A stretch of DNA of 64,000 nt from a virus. Lineage: Duplodnaviria; Caudoviricetes. A program made the position numbers and the translations under genes. The stretch covers positions 21,538 to 85,537 of IMG/VR virus record IMGVR_UViG_637000272_000004; one strand, written 5' to 3'. Numbering within the stretch: the stretch's first letter is position 1; each line of letters opens with the position of its first letter. Shown here piece after piece: positions 51,860 to 61,857 of this stretch. Under the pieces are notes generated by a model. It was given only the letters and a program-made list of their open reading frames with translations. It was not told the origin of the DNA and searched no databases.

Positions 51860-52264
51860 TCACTTCATTTCTCTTTTTCTTTTACGTCTGACTTTCACTA
51901 AGTCTTCATATACCATCCATTCTTGACCTGTGTATTTAGGCGCTTTACATATCCACGTTAAATTCACATCTCTATACTGATATCTGAATATCTTCGCTTT
52001 GATGTTGGCAACTTCAGTCGCCTTACCTTTAACGTCTATAACTTCAACCAGTTTCCCTTCCTTCCACAAAGAGAAATCGGCTATATACGTAATCGGTCTT
52101 TGTTTCCCGAATTTCGGTTGTAGTTCAAATTTCGGTTGTATTTCGATACGATCATAGTTAGTGCCATTCATATTACTTTCTAAATATTGGTAATATTCGC
52201 ACTCTACTTTGCTATCAAATACAATTCCTTTGTACTCAACTTTCTTAGCGTTGTATTTACTCAT
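51860..52264 (-). CDS. DUF1064 nuclease-like protein
   Basis: KYNAKK, FDSKVE, YIADF, DVKG. Confidence 0.85.
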   Translation of the reverse strand: MSKYNAKKVEYKGIVFDSKVECEYYQYLESNMNGTNYDRIEIQPKFELQPKFGKQRPITYIADFSLWKEGKLVEVIDVKGKATEVANIKAKIFRYQYRDVNLTWICKAPKYTGQEWMVYEDLVKVRRKRKREMK

Positions 52265-52274
52265 TGTGCCACCT

Positions 52275-52496
52275 CTAAATATCAAATATCGTTGCTTGTA
52301 ATCCTAGCTCTTGCTCATATAGAAGCCCGTGAGCGCCTTTGAATCGTTTTAGGTCACTATCAGTCATAATTTTCTTTTCGTCGCTGAAATGGGCTCCTGT
52401 GAGCGAATAAACTTCGTTTACGTTGTCTATATACTTGATGACCTTAATATCTTCTGTGCCATCTTCTCGGTATAAGTAATATTTTTCTTTCGGCAT
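52275..52496 (-). CDS. DUF3269 protein
   Basis: MPKEKYYLYREDGTEDIKVI. Confidence 0.75.
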   Translation of the reverse strand: MPKEKYYLYREDGTEDIKVIKYIDNVNEVYSLTGAHFSDEKKIMTDSDLKRFKGAHGLLYEQELGLQATIFDI

Positions 52497-52498
52497 TT

Positions 52499-52714
52499 TT
52501 AACACTCCTTAATGTGTGTTTTCTTCCAGTTAATTTCATTCATAATTTTCTTTTCAACTTTGTCGTATTCATCGAAAGGCGATAACTCGTTATTGTCTAA
52601 CAATCTATTGACCGCCCAACCAGTCTCGATATACACATTTGCTACAATCGGGTCGTTTTGCTTTGTTTCTTCATACATCGATCTCAATAAGCTTTTGAAT
52701 TGCATGATGTTCAT
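52499..52714 (-). CDS. Hypothetical phage protein
   Basis: 71 aa, coupled to dnaB. Confidence 0.7.
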   Translation of the reverse strand: MNIMQFKSLLRSMYEETKQNDPIVANVYIETGWAVNRLLDNNELSPFDEYDKVEKKIMNEINWKKTHIKEC

Positions 52715-53952
52715 GTGAAAAACCTCTGCGTCTTCTTGTAATACTCGAATTCAATTATTCCGGTTTCGCCGTCTTTGTTTTTGGCTATGTTACATTCAAC
52801 AATAGATTTGCCTGTGATACCATCATCTTCGTCACGGTTATAGTAATCATCACGGTAAAGTAGCATTGCTAAACTCGCATCTGCTTCTATTCCGCCTGAT
52901 TCTTTCATGTCCGATAGCATTGGTCTTTTATCCTGTCTAGACTCAACACCACGATTCAGTTGTGAAAGTAGTACGATGATTGCGCCCGTCTCGTTAGCAA
53001 TTATCTTTAAATCGCGTGATATTTTTTCTACTGCTACACGTCTATCAACTTTCGCATCAGTATCCATCAGTTGGAGATAATCTATAAAAATAACTTGTTG
53101 CTCGTCTGAGTACCTCATTGCTTGTGCTCGGACATCTTGCGGTGTGACATTACTTTTATCAGAAATATCGATGCCTAATTTCATGATTTTATCCATCGCA
53201 TTCGTTAACTTTGTTAAGTCATCCGGCGTTAAGTTCCTGATTTCTTTTATCTTGGTTAACTCAATACCAGTAATTGTTGATAACATACGTTTCAATACTG
53301 ATGTGCCAGTTGTTTCGAGACTAAAGAAAGATGTTTTATATCCATTTCGTGCTATGTTCAGCATCATGTTTAATGCAAAACCTGTCTTACCCACTGAGGG
53401 ACGCGCTGCGATGACGATTAATTGTGATGGCTCTAATCCCCCTATTTTGTAATCCATGAGCTTGTAACCCGTCTTAATTTGCTTCTTAGGGCTATCGCTG
53501 TATAACTCTTCGACAAACTCCTCAACAAACTTCTTGGTTCCATCTTCTTTTTTGTTAGTAATTGTTTTTAAATCCTTGAGTTCATCAATCAAGTTGTTAA
53601 AGTTTTGATTCGTAGGTTGTTGTTTGAACTCAGTGACCAATTCGTTTGCTTTGTTGAGTTGATAACTTTCCAATAGTTCCTGTTGGTAACGTTCAAAGAA
53701 TCCGTATCCAATGAAATCGGAGTTATAAAGTTTAGTGATAGTATCTGCATCTAAAAACCCTTTATCTTTAGTTGCTTTTAAATAGATTTCTTGATGATCT
53801 ATCTTTCCGGCGTCCATTACATAATTGAAAAAGGTTTTAAACTTTTCGTTCGTAAACATGTAATCTTTAACTCTTATCTTTTCTAATACGTCCGGTTGTT
53901 TAAGTAGCGTAGCGATTATAGTGCTTTCAATTTCAAATTGTCCGTAATTCAT
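52711..53952 (-). CDS. DnaB-like replicative helicase
   Basis: AARPSVGKT, FIDYLQL, LSQLNR, IEADA. Confidence 0.95.
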   Translation of the reverse strand: MNYGQFEIESTIIATLLKQPDVLEKIRVKDYMFTNEKFKTFFNYVMDAGKIDHQEIYLKATKDKGFLDADTITKLYNSDFIGYGFFERYQQELLESYQLNKANELVTEFKQQPTNQNFNNLIDELKDLKTITNKKEDGTKKFVEEFVEELYSDSPKKQIKTGYKLMDYKIGGLEPSQLIVIAARPSVGKTGFALNMMLNIARNGYKTSFFSLETTGTSVLKRMLSTITGIELTKIKEIRNLTPDDLTKLTNAMDKIMKLGIDISDKSNVTPQDVRAQAMRYSDEQQVIFIDYLQLMDTDAKVDRRVAVEKISRDLKIIANETGAIIVLLSQLNRGVESRQDKRPMLSDMKESGGIEADASLAMLLYRDDYYNRDEDDGITGKSIVECNIAKNKDGETGIIEFEYYKKTQRFFT

Positions 53953-54305
53953 TCGTTATCGCCCCCAAATTCTGCCAACTTATTCATGAAGTTATCTAGC
54001 GCTATTTTTCTTTGTCTGACATATTCGGGGTCATTCTGCATTTTCCATTGGTGTGTAGCGGTTTCGTTGTCTACGGGTTCGATTGATACTTTTTTAGGTT
54101 CCTTACGCATGATTGCTGGTAAGTTAGGCGGGTACGGGTTGTTACTGTTGATATATCCATCTACTGCTTTTACAGTTGGTTGATAATCTCCGTTTTGACT
54201 CAATACATCAATCCACATTTCTAACTTTGGTTTGTCAAAATCAATGTTGTATACATACCTAACTTTTTTAATAATTTCTAATGCTTGTGTTTTGCTCATC
54301 GGCAT
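53949..54305 (-). CDS. Helicase loader/inhibitor-like protein
   Basis: PYPPNLPAIM; lies between initiator and helicase. Confidence 0.7.
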   Translation of the reverse strand: MPMSKTQALEIIKKVRYVYNIDFDKPKLEMWIDVLSQNGDYQPTVKAVDGYINSNNPYPPNLPAIMRKEPKKVSIEPVDNETATHQWKMQNDPEYVRQRKIALDNFMNKLAEFGGDNE

Positions 54306-55060
54306 TAGTTATCACTCAATTCTTTTTCCATTTGCGCAATGACATCATCAGTAGTTTCTTTTTTAGTGTTACGAGGTTTCAATTTGTTTTCAGCACTTTC
54401 TTTATCTGAAACGCCTTCTTTATTCCAGTTCTTTAATACAGTTAATAGATAATTTAGACCTTTGTTATTTTCTTTACAGTAATCGGTAGCGACTTTTACT
54501 ATTTCGAACTGATCTTGCTTAAATGATTTAATTTCGTGTTCTAACTGTTCTGCTTTTAAAGGGTTTTGTATAATTTCTAAATTGGCACTAATATACTTAA
54601 ATGACTTTGAGACGTCGTCTGTCTCTCTATGTTTGTTAGTCTCTGTGTAGTCTATGGTATTGGTCGGGTCATTTTGTCCTCTTGCATCGTGCCAATTTGT
54701 CCTCATCGTCGGGCCATTTTGTCCCGATGGTCGTGCCACTAGTTTGTTTAATGTTTCATAATTGATTGAATACCATTTTGTACGGTCAAATCCAGCCTTG
54801 TTGTAGTTACCTACATGCAATAAATTTTGTTTTTCCAAACTCCCAAATGTCCTTTTTATAGTTCTCTCGCTCCAAAATGGAAATTGTTTTTGCCATTCTG
54901 GATAAGAATTAAAAATCCAAGTTTTACCATCGTACTTATGTTTTGAGTTGTTTAACCAATAATGAATTTGTTGCAATACTATTGCTTCGTTCAACCCGAT
55001 TAATTCAGCTAATTTTGGTAATACTTGTATCGGATAGTCATCTATTAATAACTTATTCAT
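54305..55060 (-). CDS. Replication initiator (wHTH + DnaD-like)
   Basis: IGLNEAIVLQQIHYW, RTKWY, YLLTVLKNW. Confidence 0.88.
   Translation of the reverse strand: MNKLLIDDYPIQVLPKLAELIGLNEAIVLQQIHYWLNNSKHKYDGKTWIFNSYPEWQKQFPFWSERTIKRTFGSLEKQNLLHVGNYNKAGFDRTKWYSINYETLNKLVARPSGQNGPTMRTNWHDARGQNDPTNTIDYTETNKHRETDDVSKSFKYISANLEIIQNPLKAEQLEHEIKSFKQDQFEIVKVATDYCKENNKGLNYLLTVLKNWNKEGVSDKESAENKLKPRNTKKETTDDVIAQMEKELSDN
54663..54738. repeat. Iteron-like repeats, putative phage origin
   Basis: Three (C/A)ATTT(T)GTCC units at ~22-bp spacing inside the initiator gene. Confidence 0.65.
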
Positions 55061-55728
55061 TTTTTCTCTCCTTTCAGCATTTTGTTGAGCCTCTCATCAA
55101 CTTTTAGCCACGAGTCATGCAATTGATATTTATCATCAAATGACTTAACACCAATCGCATGTTGCTCGTTGTGATGTTCGCGACATAACGCTAATACATG
55201 TTTGTCATAGTGATTCATCTTGTCTCTGTTCATACCTCTACCGACTGCTTCATAATGCGCTAAATCAGCATGAGGTTTTCCGCATATTACACAGTTGCGG
55301 TTAACAGTCGACCAGTACAAGAATGATTTATCTTGTTTCAGTAGATTGCTCGTTTTGTAGCTAAGTGGTATGTCATTGTAGAACGTCCAGTCAAGCGTTG
55401 CTTCAATGATTCGACTCGCTTGAGTTCTCGTACAATTACTTAGTGAAATACGTTCATCATATCCGTAATACGTTCTTACATACTCGATGAACATATGTCT
55501 CATATAGTCCATTGGTTGACCTGTATGTTCTTCTATGTCTTTGACAAGCGCGAATATTTTTCGACGTTGCTTGCCGGTAATTTTAAACGGATCTATAACG
55601 TTTACATCTACTTCTACATCAAACCCGTTATCAAGTAGTAATGTTTCTTTATTACCTAATTCGACGCCCGAGATGACAACTGTTGTTGTACCGTCATCTT
55701 GAGTGATATAACTAGTAATTATTGGCAT
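55057..55728 (-). CDS. HNH-like nuclease
   Basis: CVICGKP, LAH, LCREHH. Confidence 0.8.
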   Translation of the reverse strand: MPIITSYITQDDGTTTVVISGVELGNKETLLLDNGFDVEVDVNVIDPFKITGKQRRKIFALVKDIEEHTGQPMDYMRHMFIEYVRTYYGYDERISLSNCTRTQASRIIEATLDWTFYNDIPLSYKTSNLLKQDKSFLYWSTVNRNCVICGKPHADLAHYEAVGRGMNRDKMNHYDKHVLALCREHHNEQHAIGVKSFDDKYQLHDSWLKVDERLNKMLKGEKK

Positions 55729-55741
55729 CTAATCATTCCAA

Positions 55742-56167
55742 TCAGAACGGTAAGTCAGAAAAGTCTTCTTCGGTATTGTCGAACGGATTATTACCAGTTT
55801 GAGTTTGTCCTTGTTGATGATAATTGTTGTTTGGTTGTTGGTTGTTATTCTTCGGTTCTAAGAATTGAACACTGTCCGCTACTACTTCTGTCACAAATAC
55901 ACGTTGTCCGTCTTTATTTTCGTAGTTACGTGTTTGTAGTCGCCCGTCTACACCTGCCAGCGACCCTTTAGAAAGGTAGTTTTTAACATTTTCGGCTTGT
56001 TTTTTGAACACTACTACGTTTATAAAATCTGCTTCACGCTCGCCTTGAGCATTCGTAAATGTTCTGTTTACTGCTAATGTGAATGTCCCTACATTTACGC
56101 CATTTGGCGTGCTTCTTAATTCTGGGTCTTTTGTTAATCGCCCTACTAATACTATTCTGTTTAACAT
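55742..56167 (-). CDS. ssb: Single-stranded DNA-binding protein
   Basis: [12 protein letters not shown]; C-terminal DLPF. Confidence 0.95.
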   Translation of the reverse strand: MLNRIVLVGRLTKDPELRSTPNGVNVGTFTLAVNRTFTNAQGEREADFINVVVFKKQAENVKNYLSKGSLAGVDGRLQTRNYENKDGQRVFVTEVVADSVQFLEPKNNNQQPNNNYHQQGQTQTGNNPFDNTEEDFSDLPF

Positions 56168-56169
56168 TA

Positions 56170-56790
56170 TTATTTCTCCTCACTATCCAATTGTTTTAAT
56201 CCCGCATCTAATTTTTGGTGTGCTTCTGCGATTTGTTTTTGACTCAATTTATTAATGTTAGAGATTTTTAGCCATCTCATCGTTTTATCGATAGTTGCAT
56301 CTCGCCCTTTTTCTTGAGATAAGTTCACAAACTGATTGATACGCTCCTCTAGTTCTGTAATATCATTGTCACTTGCACTTGGAAGTTCCTCGCCGTTGTA
56401 GATATATAAACCTAAACCGTGTAAAGCCGAAGCTTTAACGAAACATCGTTTTTGTGCTTTGTTGATATCAAAAGTTGTTGCACTACCTTTAGCAAGCGAT
56501 TTATTTCTAAAGTCCAATACCGGAAGCCATTCAGTCTCTGTACTACCTTTCACAGTCACAGATACTTGTACAAAATAGCCTTCTGGTGTAGCCAAATAAG
56601 GTACAAAATAATTTTCTGTGTTAATATCTGGGTGTGGAAACTCGTGCACTTTTACTGTGTAGTTAGGGTCAATCTTTTTTAACTCTTGATGTGCATATGA
56701 CCATGCTAGATAAGTTAATCCATTTTTTTGTTCTGTATGATCATTCACATTTTTACTGTTCAACTGTTCAAATAACGTTTGTTCAGTCAT
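56170..56790 (-). CDS. DUF1071 (Sak3-type) single-strand annealing protein
   Basis: LTYLAWS, WLPVLD, GLGLYIY. Confidence 0.85.
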   Translation of the reverse strand: MTEQTLFEQLNSKNVNDHTEQKNGLTYLAWSYAHQELKKIDPNYTVKVHEFPHPDINTENYFVPYLATPEGYFVQVSVTVKGSTETEWLPVLDFRNKSLAKGSATTFDINKAQKRCFVKASALHGLGLYIYNGEELPSASDNDITELEERINQFVNLSQEKGRDATIDKTMRWLKISNINKLSQKQIAEAHQKLDAGLKQLDSEEK

Positions 56791-57004
56791 GTTCTACCTC
56801 CTCGTACTCAATTGTTTCTGTCACTGTTTTCTTGATTGCTTTGTGATAATCCATATTGATACTCGCTTCTTCCATACCGTTAAACTCCCTAGCTCTATTT
56901 CTATTTGTGGAGTAACTAATATCTGAATTGTTATCGGTTGGTTTGTTAGTTATATAAATTGGCATATCCCTATGACGAATGATATAAGTTACAGTCTGCT
57001 TCAT
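56783..57004 (-). CDS. DUF2483 protein
   Basis: YIIRHRD, ISYSTNRNRAREF. Confidence 0.7.
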   Translation of the reverse strand: MKQTVTYIIRHRDMPIYITNKPTDNNSDISYSTNRNRAREFNGMEEASINMDYHKAIKKTVTETIEYEEVEHD

Positions 57005-57013
57005 AGCGACCTC

Positions 57014-57274
57014 CTACCATTTCATGACTAAGTTAATTAGTCTGTCCTGTTCGTCTGTGTTCTCTTCAATCCATTCATCTATTGCTTGGTTGAATAATTC
57101 TGATGCCATATCTAAGTCATTCTCATCTGCGACATAAGCATGTTTAATTGGTACGTTGTTCATATCTTTAACTTGTATTGATATGCCCATATGACCTTTT
57201 AAAATGAATAGCTTAAAATCGAATCCGTTAACATGAATATTTTTGCGTATGATTTCGCCTATTTCGTAATACAT
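57014..57274 (-). CDS. DUF1108 protein
   Basis: MYYEIGEIIRKNIHVNGFDFK. Confidence 0.8.
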   Translation of the reverse strand: MYYEIGEIIRKNIHVNGFDFKLFILKGHMGISIQVKDMNNVPIKHAYVADENDLDMASELFNQAIDEWIEENTDEQDRLINLVMKW

Positions 57275-57278
57275 TGTT

Positions 57279-57581
57279 TTAGTCCTCCTTGCTGTCATCA
57301 ATACCGAGAAATTTTTGTGATTTACACATTTGGAGAACATTGACAATGTCTTTATAACTCTTAGTGCTATCCAATAAGGAAGCAAGATCGAAAGTATGAC
57401 CAATCACAGAACTTGAACCTGCTAAATAATCTCCGTCGATAACTCCTATTGATGAGAAAAGCAAAATATCAAATTTACTTTCTCCCTTAATTTCTTTCGC
57501 TAATTCATATAATTCTGCGGTTTTTTCAGATAATAAGTCTTTTATTTCTTCCTGCGTCATGTCTTTATATTTTTTAGTCAT
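57279..57581 (-). CDS. DUF2482-like protein
   Basis: MTKKYKDMTQEEIKDLLSEK. Confidence 0.7.
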   Translation of the reverse strand: MTKKYKDMTQEEIKDLLSEKTAELYELAKEIKGESKFDILLFSSIGVIDGDYLAGSSSVIGHTFDLASLLDSTKSYKDIVNVLQMCKSQKFLGIDDSKED

Positions 57582-57645
57582 AGTTGACATCCTCCGTATT
57601 TCGTTTTATATTGAACATGAATTTTTTCTTAAGTGTTTGTCACTG

Positions 57646-57960
57646 TTACTTGTTGTCGCAAGTAGCAGTTTTTTTATTATTTACAAATTCTTCTAAATCT
57701 TTTAAAGCTTGTTTATATCCCTTGTCATATGCTGCTTGTTCAGAATCTCTTGAATATTTAGGAATTTTTACATTGTCGTATTCACCGTTTAAATAACGAT
57801 TAATTCTATCTCTCTTCCGATCAGTAATTCTTCTTGAACCATTTCTTAACTTAATAAAATAAGTATCAGAGAAACCTAGCAAATATCCTATTTCTCTCAC
57901 CGTTAAATCTTTTTCTTTCCTTCTCTTGTCAACTTCTTCCATCAAGTCTTTATCTGACAT
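57646..57960 (-). CDS. XRE-type HTH protein
   Basis: LTVREIGYLLGFSDTYFIKLRNG. Confidence 0.75.
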   Translation of the reverse strand: MSDKDLMEEVDKRRKEKDLTVREIGYLLGFSDTYFIKLRNGSRRITDRKRDRINRYLNGEYDNVKIPKYSRDSEQAAYDKGYKQALKDLEEFVNNKKTATCDNK

Positions 57961-57964
57961 CTTT

Positions 57965-58135
57965 TCATTCCCCCTTGTTGTCATAAAAGTATTCTTTATA
58001 AAATATGAATGTTGCGATACTTGCGAATCCTGCAATTGACCACGCTGTAGTGAAGTATAGAAACGGCATGAGTACAATCGCTAAGACTGTGAAGCATAGT
58101 ACTGCTATTAGGTAGCTTTTATAAGTTTTACTCAT
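57965..58135 (-). CDS. DUF1270 small membrane protein (not in ORF track)
   Basis: MSKTYKSYLIAVLCFTVLAIVLMPFLYFTTAWSIAGFASIATFIFYKEYFY. Confidence 0.8.
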   Translation of the reverse strand: MSKTYKSYLIAVLCFTVLAIVLMPFLYFTTAWSIAGFASIATFIFYKEYFYDNKGE

Positions 58136-58149
58136 TTGTTGTGCCTCCT

Positions 58150-58365
58150 TTAACCTAATATCAATTTGAATTTATCTTCTAAAAACTGTTTCATTTTACT
58201 GCCTACAAATCGATATTCATCATTTCTATTTATTGGATAGTGTGCGAATTCTTCTATTTCTTTTTTATATACCGGAACTTCTAAAATATTTTTCTTTAAC
58301 CAGTTACGTGACTTGCTTGTTTCTGTTTCAAGATCTTTCATTGTCCACCACGTTTTTGTGTTCAT
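58150..58365 (-). CDS. DUF771-like small DNA-binding protein (possible excisionase)
   Basis: WWTMKDL...SRNWLKKNIL. Confidence 0.65.
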   Translation of the reverse strand: MNTKTWWTMKDLETETSKSRNWLKKNILEVPVYKKEIEEFAHYPINRNDEYRFVGSKMKQFLEDKFKLILG

Positions 58366-58380
58366 TGATATTTCCTCCTA

Positions 58381-59130
58381 TTAAGTTGTTTGTTTTTCTC
58401 CTAAAAACTTGTTAACAAAGTATTGTTGTCCTTTACCTGTTACTTTTGGCGTCTTACTAATTGATGTGTGACCGTCCGAATGTGTGATTGATGTTTCTTT
58501 AATTTCGAATAACTCACGTTCCATTGAATACTGTGTAGGCATGTTATAATCCACACCCTTGCGTTTAATAAGGAATCCGTTTTGACGTAACCACTCAAAC
58601 AATCTGCGTTGCCCGATGTTTATACCGTTTTGTTTAATGATCTTTGCTAACTCTCCAACTAAAATTGATGTCTTAGTAGTAGCTACTGCATCTGCAAATA
58701 CAATTTTTGGTTTATCACGTTCAATCTTTGTTTCTAATTGATTGATTGTGTTGTTAGCAATTTTTAAAGCACGTTGCATAATCATTTCTGGGCTATTCCA
58801 TGCTTTTTCAACTTGGATGAAATACTCTCTAAAATCAAAACCTTTTTCTGTACCTGACATCATTGCAACATGTTTAGCTACATCAAGTGTTAAAGCATAA
58901 TCTTCTAGTTGTCTTACAGCTCCGTTATTAACAACCGTACTTGTAAGTACACTTGTAAAATCCCTATTTTCTTTGAAATGCTTCAAGTTAATTTCTGCCC
59001 AAGCGCTAAAACGCTTTTTAACTTCCAAAGCTTTATATAACTCTCTTGCACTTATTGCGATTTCTCCATTTTCTTTTTCTTGTATGTTGAACATTTCGCC
59101 GATGTTCGATTTTGTTTGTAATGCTTGCAT
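58381..59130 (-). CDS. Antirepressor (AntA + ANT/KilAC)
   Basis: ISARELYKAL; KPKIVFADAV, LFEWLRQNGFL. Confidence 0.88.
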   Translation of the reverse strand: MQALQTKSNIGEMFNIQEKENGEIAISARELYKALEVKKRFSAWAEINLKHFKENRDFTSVLTSTVVNNGAVRQLEDYALTLDVAKHVAMMSGTEKGFDFREYFIQVEKAWNSPEMIMQRALKIANNTINQLETKIERDKPKIVFADAVATTKTSILVGELAKIIKQNGINIGQRRLFEWLRQNGFLIKRKGVDYNMPTQYSMERELFEIKETSITHSDGHTSISKTPKVTGKGQQYFVNKFLGEKQTT

Positions 59131-59186
59131 ATTGTTTATGCTCCTTTCATGTATAATGTTGTTATCAACCTAAGGAGGTGATAAGT

Positions 59187-59777
59187 ATGGATAATATAAA
59201 TCTCACTCAACGACAATTAGATTTAATAAAGAAAAATCAAGCCATCTTGTCTAAGTTGCCTATTGAAACTTACGCTAAAGTCGTAAATACTATGAATGAT
59301 CTTAGAATCAACCAATCGAAATTATCTGATTGGGCTTCCTATATGCATCGAGTAACTAAGAATCATCCAATGTTCAAAACTAATTTATTTTCTGAAAAAA
59401 TTCTTGATGAATTCATAAGTTCTAACAGCTTTCCGGAGGATGAAGTCCGCAAAGTTAGCACCCATTTGAGAAATTCTTTTGTCGATACTGTCGATGTCCC
59501 TGTTCTTGGTAAAACCGTCGATTCTGCCCATCCAATAGATGACGTAAATACTGAGAAATACAATAGTGTATTCAATGAATCGCTCAATCATATTTTTATT
59601 TCTCCTTCTGCAAAATTTATAAAAAAGGGTTCTGTCGGTTCTGCTATCGGAGTAACACCTCCGGTTATGGTTAGAACGATACTTGACCAATATGTGAACT
59701 ACTTTATGTTTTTTAATGTAATAGCAACTCTTTTAACACTTTACGTAATTGCTAATTACTTAGATGACGAGAACTGA
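59187..59777 (+). CDS. Hypothetical protein antisense to the early operon, C-terminal TM
   Basis: AAGGAGGTG RBS, upstream TATAAT, 196 aa. Confidence 0.75.
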   Translation: MDNINLTQRQLDLIKKNQAILSKLPIETYAKVVNTMNDLRINQSKLSDWASYMHRVTKNHPMFKTNLFSEKILDEFISSNSFPEDEVRKVSTHLRNSFVDTVDVPVLGKTVDSAHPIDDVNTEKYNSVFNESLNHIFISPSAKFIKKGSVGSAIGVTPPVMVRTILDQYVNYFMFFNVIATLLTLYVIANYLDDEN

Positions 59778-59798
59778 AACGATGATTAGTTCTCTAAT

Positions 59799-59942
59799 TT
59801 ATCGATTAATCTCTTTAAGCAACTCTGCAACTGCTCGCAACAGTTCAGGGTTGTTTCTTGTTTCTAAATTACTGTTTGCATGTTTTAGTAAATTGAGTTT
59901 TAATTTACTTTTTTCTTTAGCGATTCTAAATTTTTGTAACAT
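59799..59942 (-). CDS. 47-aa phage protein (not in ORF track)
   Basis: MLQKFRIAKEKSKLKLNLLKHAN..., AGGAGG RBS. Confidence 0.7.
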   Translation of the reverse strand: MLQKFRIAKEKSKLKLNLLKHANSNLETRNNPELLRAVAELLKEINR

Positions 59943-59957
59943 TTGTTGTTCCTCCTA

Positions 59958-60746
59958 TTAAGCAGTTACGTTAGCTTCATAACCGAATTCAGTCATGATT
60001 TCATGTATTTTCAATCTGCCTTTTTGTGTCCATCTAGTTTGTAAAACTGTGTCTTCTCTACCGTCAGAGCGTACAATTGCTATAGTGTCTGATTCTGTGT
60101 AACTCTTGCCCATGTGTTCTGAGTAAAGCACCCACTGTTTATTTACTTTTCGTTGTAATCTAGCTTCGTGTAGTAGTTTGTTTAACTTTTGTGCTGATAT
60201 ACCGTAGTCTGCCGCGATTTGAGTTGTGGCTAATGTGCCAGTTGATTTTAAGATTTCATCAACATAATCTGCTTTGGGTTTTAGCTCTCCAATTTCTTGT
60301 TGTAAAAGTAAGTTTTGCTCTTTTTCTTTCTTATACTCAGTCAACACTGTAATGATGTAGTCTGGATCTTTTAATGTTTGTTCAATTACATTGTCTGTTG
60401 CGTATATACCGTGTTTTCGAATAGCTGGTAGGACATCTGATGTTACCCATCGTTTGAATTTCCGAGCGGTTTCTCTAATGTTTTCGTTTTTACTTTGTTT
60501 AGAAGCATCGAAGATTAAACTGTATAATCCTGATTCGTTGATAATGATCATATTTCTGTTTTGACCTGATGCACTAAATTGGTGCGTCAGCTTGTCCTCG
60601 CTATCAACATGATTTCTAATGGCATTGTCTGCTCTTGCATATCCTAAAATCTCAGCAATATCTTTTCCTACAAAATAAGGTTCGTTTTCAATTTCTACTG
60701 TTCTTACTGGTAGCTCTTTAAAATTAAATGTTTGTAATGCTTGCAT
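59958..60746 (-). CDS. Antirepressor (BRO-N + ANT)
   Basis: FVGKDIAEILGY, INESGLYSL, FKRWVTSDVLPAIRKHG. Confidence 0.9.
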   Translation of the reverse strand: MQALQTFNFKELPVRTVEIENEPYFVGKDIAEILGYARADNAIRNHVDSEDKLTHQFSASGQNRNMIIINESGLYSLIFDASKQSKNENIRETARKFKRWVTSDVLPAIRKHGIYATDNVIEQTLKDPDYIITVLTEYKKEKEQNLLLQQEIGELKPKADYVDEILKSTGTLATTQIAADYGISAQKLNKLLHEARLQRKVNKQWVLYSEHMGKSYTESDTIAIVRSDGREDTVLQTRWTQKGRLKIHEIMTEFGYEANVTA

Positions 60747-60761
60747 TGTTCGTTCCTCCTT

Positions 60762-60977
60762 TTAAGATGTTTGTTTTTCTTTTTCTTTTTCAAAAAGAAA
60801 TTCGATATCATACTCTGGAAAATACGTATTTTTGATAAGTAGAGCTTCTCCAAATTTAAAATCTGAAACGCCATTGATTTTATCGGCTACAGTTTGGTAT
60901 CTGACTTCTAACAAATCAGCTAAATCTACCAGAGATACTTTTTTATCTTTTCTAATGTCGTTGAAATTCTTCAACAT
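60762..60977 (-). CDS. cro: Cro-like repressor
   Basis: 71-aa XRE HTH, divergent from cI. Confidence 0.85.
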   Translation of the reverse strand: MLKNFNDIRKDKKVSLVDLADLLEVRYQTVADKINGVSDFKFGEALLIKNTYFPEYDIEFLFEKEKEKQTS

Positions 60978-60990
60978 AGTATCCCTCCTT

Positions 60991-61142
60991 AATACGAAAA
61001 TTCGTATTTAAAATTAAAATTTTTAGCAATCTCGTCGATTGCTTAACTAAATATTATACGAATTTTCGTACTATGTCAACACTAAAATTCGTATTTTTTA
61101 TTTTCTATAATACTTGATATACGATTTTTCGCATGTTATTAT
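60991..61142. promoter_or_regulatory. Lysis/lysogeny switch: four TACGAA-N2-TTCGTA-like operators and divergent promoters
   Basis: Sites at 60993, 61057, 61080, 61120; TTGACA (minus, 61079-61074); TTGATA-17nt-TATTAT (plus, 61114-61142). Confidence 0.8.
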
Positions 61143-61174
61143 ATAGGTACAAATTAGAAATGAGGCAAACAATT

Positions 61175-61801
61175 ATGACTAAAGAAAAAGATTTAAAATA
61201 TCTTATGGAAAAGAAATCAGGTAGTGTAAAGGCTTTTTCCGAAGAAATTGGTTTAGCTTATACAACTGTAAGATCTATTTTAGAACGTGGAGTTTTTAAT
61301 GCTAAAGTAGAAAACGTCATCAAAATTTGTAATGGTCTAAATATAAGACCAGAAGATATTATGGATATTAAACAAACAAAACCTATTGAACCCCAAATTG
61401 AAACTTTACCAGTTAAAAAGATTCCGGTCGTTTCAAAAATATCTGCGGGCTTACCTATCTATTGTGAAGAAAATTTAGTTGATTACATATACTTTTCTAG
61501 GGATAAATTGAACGACGAAAAAGAAGAATTTGGTCTAAAAGTATCTGGTGATAGTATGAACAAACTTTTTGATGAAGGTGATGTAGTTGTTGTAGAAAAA
61601 GATTCTATCGTCGAAAATGGTCAGTTAGGTGTAGTCATGATAAATGGGTACAACGGTACTGTGAAGCGTATAAGATACAACGGAGACCAAATCATATTAA
61701 TACCTGAATCTAACAACCCTAGTCACTATCCACAAGTATATGGTAAGGACGATGAAGTTAAAATTGTAGGTAGAGTTGTAGCAAGTGTGAAAACGTATTG
61801 A
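61175..61801 (+). CDS. cI: CI-like repressor (HTH + S24 peptidase)
   Basis: ISAG cleavage site, GDSM, VKR. Confidence 0.93.
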   Translation: MTKEKDLKYLMEKKSGSVKAFSEEIGLAYTTVRSILERGVFNAKVENVIKICNGLNIRPEDIMDIKQTKPIEPQIETLPVKKIPVVSKISAGLPIYCEENLVDYIYFSRDKLNDEKEEFGLKVSGDSMNKLFDEGDVVVVEKDSIVENGQLGVVMINGYNGTVKRIRYNGDQIILIPESNNPSHYPQVYGKDDEVKIVGRVVASVKTY

Positions 61802-61857
61802 TTAATAGCTCCTTTACGGAGCTTTAATATAAAAAGGAAACAAAGGAGAAACGAAAA

